A program made the translations under genes and the position numbers. Below are positions 28,801 to 40,800 of a stretch of 64,000 nucleotides of DNA, in pieces (the first letter of the stretch is position 1; each line of letters starts with the position of its first letter). The notes below the pieces were generated by a model. It did no database searches, was not told where the DNA came from, and was given only the letters and a program-made list of their open reading frames with translations. The DNA is from Laetmonice hystrix (taxonomy: Eukaryota). The stretch is from positions 14,694,001 through 14,758,000 of the forward strand of contig OZ249448.1 of assembly GCA_965235115.1 (NCBI GenBank). The letters are read 5' to 3'.

Positions 28801-31800
28801 CTTCACTAACAAACGCTATAAATCTCTTGAACTTGCGATGTTGCTAACAACGGTAGGACAGTGTTTGTCCTACCGATGACGTCTTCACTAACAACGGTAG
28901 GACAGTGTTTGTCCTACCGATGATGTCTTCACTAACAACGGTAGGACAGTGTTTGTTCTACCGATGATGTCTTCACTAACAACGGTAGGACAGTGTTTGT
29001 CCTACCGTTGACGTCTTCACTAACAACGGTAGGACAGTGTTTGTCCTACCGATGAGGTCTTCACTAACAACGGTAGGACAGTGTTTGTCCTACCGATGAC
29101 GTCTTCACTAACAACGGTAGGACAGTGTTTGTCCTACCGATGACGTCTTCACTAACAACGGTAGGACAGTGTTTGTCCTACCGATGACGTCTTCACTAAC
29201 AACGGTAGGACAGTGTTTGTCCTACCGATGACGTCTTCACTAACAACGGTAGGACAGTGTTTGTCCGACCGATGATGTCTTCACTAACAAACGCTATAAA
29301 TCCCTTGAACTTGCGATGTTGCTAACAACGGTAGGACAGTGTTTGTCCTACCGATGACGTCTTCACTAACAAATGCTATTACTCAACGCAGAAAACACAA
29401 GTTGTGTCCCACTTCCGGTTAAGAAGGATCTTTGCTTCATGAGTTGGAGGTTGACAAACAAGACTCGATTCCACGTATACATGTTAGAAATTTTCAATTA
29501 CTCCCTTACCGGACGTCATTAAGCTAACTCCTCCCGATATACCACTCAGCTTTGGAATAATTACACAAATAATGTGTGTGTTCATTAAAACTCTTTATTA
29601 CAAGGACGGACAAATGTTACCAGTGACCACCAAACCTGGCCAGACCGCACATTATGACGCTATCTCCTTACCACTGACTGATCACGTGATCAAGCCATCA
29701 TCCCCCGCCCCCAGAGGGCGCCAACTTCCCTGGAGCTTACGTCTTCTTACAGGATCTCTGAATACCTCGGGCATTCACGTTCTAGCTACTATCAATCAAC
29801 TCTGGCCAGAAACCGCATTGTCAACTCCGGCCAGCGTGTTTAAACGCATGATTAATATCTCCTTTTATTCCTTTTTAACAAAGTGGCTCGCTATCCTGAT
29901 AAGGGTTCAAGTAATCAAGGGCAAACTGTCCCAGGTGTTTTCCCTCCCGATTTAAAAAGTAATAATAATAAAATAACACATAATTCACGTTATAAAATTA
30001 TTTGAAAGATCAATATTGTAACACTCACAAATAACTTTTAAAACATTAAAGCCGGTAGTTGGTTCTGTAGAGGAAGACAAAATATGATTCTAACAGAGAT
30101 CAGACTGCAACCTAATAGCAAAATTAAAACGAGGAGGAAAATGCAAAGGAAATTACTCGACATGTCTCACCAGCAAATACAGAGCTATACTATAGGGATT
30201 CAGAGATTCCATAGCCGATACCAATGATCGAGCGACAAGTTGGGAGTGTTGGAATAGGCCGGGCATTCCCTCCGGTACTCGGTACAGCTGTAAACATGAA
30301 AGGTGGCGGTAACATGGTACACGCGTACAGTTAGATAAACTGCTTTAACATGTGACGTATGTATACATCACGCACTGAGCACTGGAGGCTGAAGGGGTGT
30401 ATTGGTGGGGTATTGGAGGGGGTGCCGGATGGTACGGGGGTTGTGGGCGATAGGGGGGGCTGCCGGACAGGCCGTCTGAACCTGCCCACCCACCCCTGCG
30501 TACACCAGCGCCACCTGCTGGTGTGAGATCCAAACGGATCATCTGGCGAGGAATCGAGGACGTCCAAGTGGACCAACGGACACGGCTGAGTGCTCTTAAA
30601 TACAGACTGCCAACGGCATTGTCGTGTTACACGGAAACATCACGGTTCGGTGCGATTCGATCCTTTCAGAGGACTCATATACTTCTACCACTATGTCAGA
30701 TATCAACAGGACCTGCGATTTATCTCTGCAGTCTACATCCCCTGATTCTGTTTTTATATACATTTCCATTCGAAGGGTCTTTATAGGCAGGTAGCCAGCG
30801 CTTGCAAAGACAAGAGCAAGGGGTCCTTTTTTCTATCTAAAGAGGAACTCTCAATCTAGACATTTTCTAGAGAGAGACTTTTAGTAAGCCCAGTTCTACG
30901 TGACAATTTATGACTTCGAAACGGGGCCTTGGCATGGACGAATGTACGAGCACAGATGGGCCAGGTCTAGCGGTTTGGTTTTTAAAAGGCCATGCAAGCG
31001 TCAGTGGTCGTCAGCATGGCGTCCCTTGGCCGTGGCCGTGGCCGTGTTCTGAACGCCGACCTCCATGTCAAGTACCATCAACGACCAATCCCTCCACCTC
31101 AGCCACACACCTCTCACCCCCCTCACCCAACCCAACCCCACCCCACCCCACCACCCCTCCTAGCTCACACTATCACCCACAGACCGGTGTAACAATTTCA
31201 GATTACCCCCCCCCCCCCAGTTTCAAGTTACAAAAATAAACTCCGGATAAAAAAAATTTCGCGCGTTAATTCAAATAGACCTAACCCTAAACGTACCTTA
31301 ACCCTAACCGAGGGGCTTTTTGAAACCGACTTCAGATTACCGGGGGGTAATTTGAAGCTAGCTTCAGGTTACCCCCCGGTAACCTGAACAGGGGGGTAAT
31401 TTGAAATTGGGACACCGGGGATCCTGCATTTAGTTGTATTCACTAAGGTGGCGTTGTTCTCACTTCACCTGTTACCCGGAAACGGTCAATGAAACCTGAC
31501 ATGACCTCATTACATGTCCCAGAAAAAGGCTTCATGTCAAGCGGATCAAAGGTTTTATCCCCCATGGTAATTTCCCCCGAAACTGTTGCGAGGGTTGGGG
31601 CTGGGGCCAAGGTTAGCGATGGGGATGTTTCTTTTTGTTAAAAGATCTATGGTCCGAGGTTAGTGGTTAGAAAAAGGGATGTTATAATGAGAATATACTG
31701 ATATACTGAGAAACGGGGCAACCAAACAAAACGCGTACCCCCTCCTTGCCTCCGTGAACCAGGTGGAATCCAGCACTAAGGGCCCGTCCAATCTCCCACC

Positions 31801-34800
31801 GGACTTTATAAAGGTTAATTACCGCCGGAATTTCTCCCAAAGACCTTTACGCCACGTTTTCAGATTTTCATACACCGTAGGACTTCGGAAACGCAGAAAG
31901 ACCCAAAAATAGTTTCTGCTGACTTAATTTTGCTCGACGACATAAGAATCCCCCGGACGCGCTGATTACATCTGGATCATGTGAATTCAATTTGACATCC
32001 AGGGGTTGAACAAATCCGGTGAACATCCATTCCAACATGTCGACTCAGGCATGTTTGCAAACACATCCTCATTTAAATAAATGATCTCCAGACTTCGTCA
32101 GATTGTGGTCACGATTAATCCAAACTGCACACCACCAGAGATACGGGTATTACAACGTGGGATTTAGGATTAATAATGAAAAGACACCTAAGATGATTAC
32201 AATGCTCACAATGGCCCACATAGGGATTAAAGGATCGCGTATGAAATATTCTTGCTTGGCAGAGACTTTATAAAGAATCTTACAGTGGCAGGCTTTCGAT
32301 TTTGGGTACACGTGAAGTACTTGTTCCTATAGTCTAATCTTGATTCATTTCTCACCTAAATAGCATTTCCTAATTATACCAATGGAGGTCTATAGTATAG
32401 AATCTACGTATTATGTCTTCTACTGCCGGCTGAGACACGCATGCACAGTAATCAGTTGTTGGTTGTGCACTACACCGCTGACTGATACCACTATATAGCT
32501 GCTCCAATTGTTGCCATCTCGGAACAAATACCAAACGATTTCTGCTGCCCCATTTTTATTATGCATATATGTCATGACATTCAGCCATCTGATATTATCC
32601 TAGACATCCTTGATGGTGTACGCACGTTACAGACTACATCGACATCACAGAACGTCGTGCCCACATCTACGTTTGTACGGATATCATACGGATCGCGCAA
32701 ACATTTTCTTACCATGGTAAGGTAATCGGTGGTTTCCTCCGGGTACTCCGGTTTCCTCCACCAAGAAAAACTGACTTTCATCATCATCTTCACCGCCGTG
32801 ATATGACCCTGTCTGTTGCAAGGCGTAAAACCCCAAATACCCACCCACCCACCTACGACCATCACGACGGCATGTCCATTCATTCTGTCAAATCTGCTTC
32901 CGTTTTTCATTTTTTTTGAACAAAACTGTAAAAATAACCTGTTATCATTGGCAGGTCTAATGCGTACAACTGATATCCCCAGATCGAACTGCAGCAAACT
33001 TTGAACGGCCGCTGCGCAAATAGTCTTTCGTGCCATTTCAACCATTGCGTACGGATGTAGACCGAGAGCCACAGGTTACATTGTAACATGTAAATTTCTT
33101 TTCAATGAAACCGAAAAACCGCCAGGAAGCAATCCATGGCACTGGAGGAAGATTGATGAGCAATATCAACATGATAATGTCGACGAATCCATGCAATATT
33201 GACGACCGATAGACGCTGAATATGGCGATGTAAAATCAATCCAACTGATCCAATGATCAAGTATGAATGGGGCTGGTCCAGTGGATCAGGTTTGATGTAT
33301 GGTAACGCGTGCCTGTACAGGTATGCCTGTCTCCGAACCCATCCCCAACCCATCACTTCTAAACTACAGCCTAATAAAGATAGGCTTCAGTCTTATGGGT
33401 GTTTACTTCATCGAAATCATTGTTTAAATCGTTTAAATGATGTCGGAGTAATTTGCTCTCGAACAGCTACCTTTTTTTTACTTAAGCGAGACGTAACGGC
33501 AAAGAAGGTAAAACAGAATTAAACAAATAGACAGAAATACTTACTGTTTCTTTACTCTTTTGTATATTATTTGTACTAGAGCTACATACACTGGACCCTA
33601 TTTCCCCAACAGACAAAATTTTAAAAATCTTATGAATCTTTGTGTTTGCACTCAAGGTCCACTGCTAGCTTAGATCAGGGTTAAAGTGTTGGCAGTTGGC
33701 CAAAAGCACCGCGGGAGATGAGGCATCAGAAGGGTGCTAGTTATAGTTCCGCCTCATCCGTATGCTATCAGTCAGCGACAAGATAATGATGCTGGCCTGG
33801 AGGTAACGGGTAACCAGCCAGGCTGTGTCTGTGTGTCACATGATGGTGTGACCTGGCGGTAACAAGTGATGGGCCAGTCTGTGTCTGTGTGTCACATGAT
33901 GGTGTGACCTGGCGGTAATAAGTGATGGGCCAGGCTGTGTCTGTGTGTCACATGATGGTGTGACCTGGCGGTAACAAGTGATGGGCCAGGCTGTGTCTGT
34001 GTGTCACATGATGGTGTGACCTGGCGGTAACAAGTGATGGGCCAGGCTGTGTCTGTGTGTCACATGATGATGGTGTGACCTGGCGGTAACAAGTGATGGG
34101 CCAGGCTGTGTCTGTGTGTCACATGATGGTGTGACCTGGCGGTAACAAGTGATGGGCCAGGCTGTGTCTGTGTGTCACATGATGGTGTGACCTGGCGGTA
34201 ATAAGTGATGGGCCAGTCTGTGTCTGTGTGTCACATGATGGTGTGACCTGGCGGTAATAAGTGATGGGCCAGGCTGTGTCTGTGTGTCACATGATGGTGT
34301 GACCTGGCGGTAACAAGTGATGGGCCAGGCTGTGTCTGTGTGTCACATGATGGTGTGACCTGGCGGTAACAAGTGATGGGCCAGGCTGTGTCTGTGTGTC
34401 ACATGATGATGGTGTGACCTGGCGGTAACAAGTGATGGACCAGGCTGTGTCTGTGTGTCACATGATGGTGTGACCTGGCGGTAACAAGTGGTGGGCCAGG
34501 CTGTGTCTGTGTGTCACATGATGGTGTGACCTAGCGGTAACAAGTGATGGGCCAGGCTGTGTCTGTGTGTCACATGATGATGGTGTGACCTGGCGCTAAC
34601 AAGTGATGGGCCAGGCTGTGTCTGTGTGTCACATGATGATGGTGTGACCTGGCGGTAACAAGTGATGGACCAGGCTGTGTCTGTGTGTCACATGATGGTG
34701 TGACCTGGCGGTAACAAGTGATGGGCCAGTCTGTGTCTGTGTGTCACATGATGGTGTGACCTGGCGGTAACAAGTGATGGGCCAGGCTGTGTCTGTGTGT

Positions 34801-37800
34801 CACATGATGATGGTGTGACCTAGCTGTAATAAGTGATGGGCCAGGCTGTGTCTGTGTGTCACATGATGATGGTGGTGCGACCTGGCGGTAACAAGTGATG
34901 GGCCAGGCTGTGTCTGTGTGTCACATGATGGTGTGACCTAGCGGTAACAAGTGATGGGCCAGGCTGTGTCTGTGTGTCACATGATGGTGTGACCTGGCGG
35001 TAACAAGTGATCGATGGGCCAGGCTGTGTCTGTGTGTCACATGATGATGGTGTGACCTAGCTGTAATAAGTGATGGGCCAGGCTGTGTCTGTGTGTCACA
35101 TGATGATGGTGTGACCTAGCGGTAACAAGTGATGGGCCAGGCTGTGTCTGTGTGTCACATGATGGTGTGACCTAGCGGTAACAAGTGATGGGCCAGGCTG
35201 TGTCTGTGTGTCACATGATGATGGTGTGACCTAGCGGTAACAAGTGATGGGCCAGTCTGTGTCTGTGTGTCACATGATGGTGCGACCTGGCGGTAACAAG
35301 TGATGGGCCAGTCTGTGTCTGTGTGTCACATGATGGTGTGACCTGGCGGTAACAAGTGATGGGCCAGTCTGTGTCTGTGTGTCACATGATGGTGTGACCT
35401 GGCGGTAACAAGTGATGGGTAAGGCTGTGTATGTGTGTCACATGATGGTGTGACCTGGCGGTAACAAGTGATGGTCCAGGCTGTGTCTGTGTGTCACATG
35501 ATGGTGTGACCTGGCGGTAACAAGTGATGGACCAGGCTGTGTCTGTGTGTCACATGATAGTGTGACCTGGCGGTAACAAGCGATGGGCCAGGCTGTGTCT
35601 GTGTGTCACATGATGATGGTGTGACCTGGCGGTAACAAGTGATGGACCAGGCTGTGTCTGTGTGTCACATTATGATGTGACCTGGCGGTAACAAGTGATG
35701 GGCCAGGCTGTGTCTGTGTGTCACATGATGATGGTTCGGCTCGCCCCACGCCTCCTCTTCAAATATCCAGTACTATAGATTGATTGACTGAAGCAGTGGC
35801 GTATCTAGGGGGGTTTTGGGTGACACAGTCCCCCCCCCCTTCCCCCACACTTGCCCTGCCAATAACATGATAACATGGAAATCTGATTTGGAACCCCCCC
35901 CCCCGACCAATCTTTTGGACCCCCCCCCCCCCGACCAATCCTGGATACGCCGCTGTGACGACTTCAGTTTTCTTGCTTTCAGGATCGTTTGTCATGATTG
36001 AGCAGTTATTCAAGGCAGAACCGATTAATTTTCAATTCCCATCAAGAAGTCTCCCTTCCTGTCAGCGAGATGGCAGGGAAGTGCGTGACATTTGAAATCC
36101 TTCCACAATGCCGGGTGTGAATTAACCGGTAAATATGACTGGGCGACAGGTAAATCTTGCCATGACTGTCGTCTCTTACGAATGCCACCTCGCAAAATGT
36201 TACAATGAAGACACAATGATTGAGGAGAGCACGAGGCGTAGCAGAGGGCCTACTTACACGACATGTTAACGTAGAGAGACATAGGCCTATTGTCTGCAGG
36301 AGGAAACAGAGTACATTATACTGAAAGATTAATTGATGCATGAAGCACAGAATCGGATTCCAATATTAAATCCTTTCAACACGAAGCAGTATGCCACATG
36401 ACAACCTATTGCCTACATTTGGCTCACGAACAGCGCTCAGAACTCTAAAACCTCACCCGCCCACATATATCTATCCTTCGTGTGCCCTTTACAAACGTGC
36501 ACAAGTATACACTAAATATTGCAGACAAGGATCGTCATTAATAAAGAAGGGATATCGACCCTTTGATCTACACCGTAATATGTTCCTTATTTATGTCTGC
36601 CTTCACATATTTATATCCAGTACACAGAGAGGCCTCATGTTACATGGCCCTACATCTTACCTCCGCTGATCCTCTATTTATAGTTCCTTTATAACATAAA
36701 TATGATAGATCTCGTTCTGACCGTTTGATGCGCGTCAAAGTTGGCCTCTCTAACATTATGTTAACGAGTCGGTGCTGAGTTTGATGTTGAGCCTCTTTCA
36801 GACAGGTACACTGAGACTTACCAGCGAGCACGGGTAAAACTGTACCGTATGCACGCCTGTACTCTACATCTCAACAATTCGTATCTCGATTTGCAAGTTG
36901 TCGACATATTCTTCCTCAAATGATAGAGGCCTGATGATGCAGTCAGTAGCCAGAATAATATCGGTCTCTGGACGCTGCACCAATCTGGCCAACTATCCGA
37001 ACTGACCAATGGCAGCGTTCGCCGGCGTCAGTCAGAATGCTGCGCTCTGATTGGCCGGGATATGTATACTCTCGACGGATCCGTCGTGGTAGGCGGACGT
37101 GTCGACGTCACCGACACGACTAATGCAGAGTGGAAGAAACAGTCTACCAAGGTCTGTATATCGAGCTACATATTTATGATTGGTATAATCTATCCACCCT
37201 CCCTCCCCCCGACAGCCCCCTCGCTCACCTTCCACTTCCTCCTACCCCGCCCCCCTTATCTACGATCGATACTTCCAACATCCTGGTTGCATTATCTGCT
37301 AAGGTACTGTACGTTGTTACATCCTTGAGTGACAACCAGCATATAATTATGTCCTAGATCCTGGTGCTTTCCATCACAAAACGGTGAAGTCTTGGCCAAT
37401 ATTACGAGACCAGCCTTTAAACCGGAAACAATCAGTGAATATTCCATGCATGGTACTAACCAATGTAGAAGGGTGTTTCAGCTGTCTGTCCATCAGAAAA
37501 ACTCGGGTACTGTACTACTACAAAAAGTGTCAACCTGTCTCCGATGCTTGGAAAGTTGTCATGGCAACGAGTGGTGAAACCAGGCTTTATCTCACACTCT
37601 TGTGGACCTAATTGCTCATGATATGTGCTGAAACAGCAAGGAGCACTCGGTGTGAGATTCACAATCAGGGTCTTGTTAAGGAATGAATGACAGTGCTAGC
37701 AGCACTCAATTCACACCTGCAAGGGGCAGAGGCAAACCAATTAGGTCTGATATCACACCCGGAGTAGACAGACCAACCACTCCAGTCTGACAACACACGT

Positions 37801-40800
37801 GGTGAAGGGAGACAAACCACTCCAGTCTGACAACACACGTGGGGAAGGGAGACCAACCACTCCAGTCTGACAACACACGTGGGGAAGGGAGACCAACCAC
37901 TCCAGTCTGACAACACACGTGGGGAAGAGAGATCACCACTCCAGTCTGACAACACGCGTGGGGGAAGAGACCAACCACTCCAGTCTGACAACACACGTGG
38001 GGAAGGGAGACCAACCACTCCAGTCTGACAACACACGTGGGGAAGAGAGACCAACCACTCCAGTCTGACAACACACCCGGGGAGAGAGACCAACCACTCC
38101 AGTCTGACAACACACGTGGGGAAGAGAGATCACCACTCCAGTGTGACAACACACATGGGGAAGAGAGATCACCACTCCAGTCTGACAACACACGTGGGGG
38201 AGAGAGACCAACCACTCCAGTCTGACAACACACCCGGGGGAGAGAGACCAACCACTCCAGTCTGACATCACACCCGGGGGAGAGAGACCAACCACTCCAC
38301 TCTGACATCACACCCGGGGGAGAGAGACCAACCACTCCACTCTGACAACACATCTGGTCACACGGGTAAAGGGACAACGTGCGGTTTGCATAACTGGCTG
38401 CTTGACCTTCGATTCAAGAGGAGCAGAAACTAATGACGGTTTCCTGATGATAACGAACTTTTCTGGGAAACCAAATGCAGACTGGAATCGAGAAAATTCA
38501 GGAACTGCGGCAGGGGGATCCAGGAATTTTTTGAATGGGGGGGGAGGGGTCAGAAGGTGCCCGGAATATAGAAGACCAGAGACGCGATTTCCCGGCTTCT
38601 CAGCATCAAACTAATGAGCTTTCGGTGCCGACCTTTTGATCACAATTAACTTGAAATCAAATCAAAATTACCACCTGTCGTTAAAATGGCCGAGAGCAGG
38701 GGGGGACGACCGCCAACCCCCCCCCCCCCCCCTCTGGATCTGCGCGCCTGTGCGGGCAATATATTTCTGTGGTACATTTCCTAATAAGGCTCCACAGTTA
38801 AGTGCACCTTTAGCCTGGGCCCTGGCCATCCTTGAATCTGGTCGTTTCCCCCTGAAAATTACAATGAAGTCCGATCATTCCGAACTCGCATTCGTCACGT
38901 CTTTCACCGTGTCATACCTGTCCCAACAATGGTTCATTCTGGCTGGAATATAATCCGGCGTCCATTTGACCCAAATAAACCAACTGTACAATTCTAAATT
39001 ACAAAGTAAAAAGGCCAGTAGGGGTCAATATACGCTCCTGTACGTTTTCCCGCAAATAACTAGCTCGGTCAAACCTCATGTCAATTTTTGTACGTGTTTT
39101 TTTAGCAATGCTGGACCGAGTGCCTTGCGGCACAAACCCACACTCTAGATTGGATGCTAGCACAGCACGCCACCCAAATATAGCTTCACCAGCACGTCCT
39201 TCCGGTGCGGATCGAGTGAGGGCGCTATTATCGGCAGCTGCTTTTAACAATATCTTTTCTCTCTAAATCCCTGCTAAGCATAACTCCACCGGACGAAAAT
39301 GGATGTTTACTTTCTTCTAGTAACACCATAATCATTTGAAGTGGACCGTAGGCCTATACATTCCCCTCTAATATATATGCTACTTGTGTTTTGGCCTTCC
39401 TGGAAACTGAGCCCGATTTCTTCTCGACCACATTCTGTACAAGGCTCTCCTCTCGTTTTCGGACAGGCTTATGGATATATTTTTGCCCTCCCTTTAACAT
39501 GTGACCCAGTTAGATGCTTGTTATCAGTGTATGACACGGCCGCCTGCCGAGGTTACCATGGTGATTTGGACTTATCAGTAAGCACGCTGGGAAAATTGTG
39601 CCTGGAGGAGGCACCATATTTTTTTATCTGAGATATATACGGAGAATAAAAAAAAAGAAATAGATAAGTATAAGTAAATAAATAAGTAAGTAAATACATA
39701 AATGAGTAAATAAATAGATTACAAATATAGATAAAGAAACAGACAAACTAAATAAATAAACTACCTGTCGAAGAGTATTGCTAACATACCTGGCTACCTG
39801 CTCGTTGTCCACCTTGATGACACAGTAGGGGTCGCTGAAACCTGAGCTGAAAAAGACAAAAATATCAACATGCAGCCGAGTTATCATTCAAGGCGACCTA
39901 GCTGATGAATGCTACATGTATTGACTAATTAATTTTCTGAGGAACATTTCGAGTTCAATCTTGGATTTACCAACGAGATTTACCTACGTTGGATTTACCT
40001 AGTCATGCAAGTATAACCCTCGGTCAGGGATGGCGCCGACTGACAAGGGTTAAATACCGTTTAGCCGTTTAGCCATTAATGATCCATAAGTGACAACTGG
40101 GCTCTGCTCCTTTTAAAAATATATAAATATAAGGATAAGTTGCCCAGAAAACGTAGTGCCCACTTGTCACTTTACTGGATAATCGTGGTGTAAATCTTTA
40201 TCTTGGCTAACCCTGGTATGGTGTCGGAGCCCAGTTCAGACCCAGCGTATCCTGGCTACCGAGGATTTACCCGGATCTCGACCGAATATCCTTCAGTTCT
40301 GGTCGGATTTCTTTACCGTACATGACTGTGTAATGCCATTTCTCTTAATACGCTGGACAGAAATCTTCTCCGAGAAATGACAGCGTAGATTCCAAGTGGC
40401 GAGGAAAATTTGGCCAGCGAAATATTCAGTGTAGAAGAGGAATCGTCCAGCATGAGAGATTTTTCACTTTTCGGCCACCTTATATTATACATTCTCAGCA
40501 TTTCCATCAGCCCCGGCATGCAGGCCTAACACTCAGGGGAAGTGTCAATCCCTGTCATGTAGTGAAGCACCGTAAAAACCACCCGGTGCGGGTAGTCACA
40601 TTACATGTCCAGTCGGGCGACAGTTGGCCAATCCAGTGTTTGCAATACTAGAATGCCAGGAGGTAATACGATCCAAACTGTGTAATTACAGGTGCACGGC
40701 TCACAGTCTCATGTGGATAGAATTGTCTGTCTGTAGGGGTTTCTACGGAGGCCTATTAGGTGTATGAGTCAAGGGTCCGTTGGGGGCGACCGCTATAAGC

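Noticed and set aside
28385-29372. CRISPR-like palindromic repeat array
   Set aside because: No unique spacers, no cas genes, eukaryotic intron.
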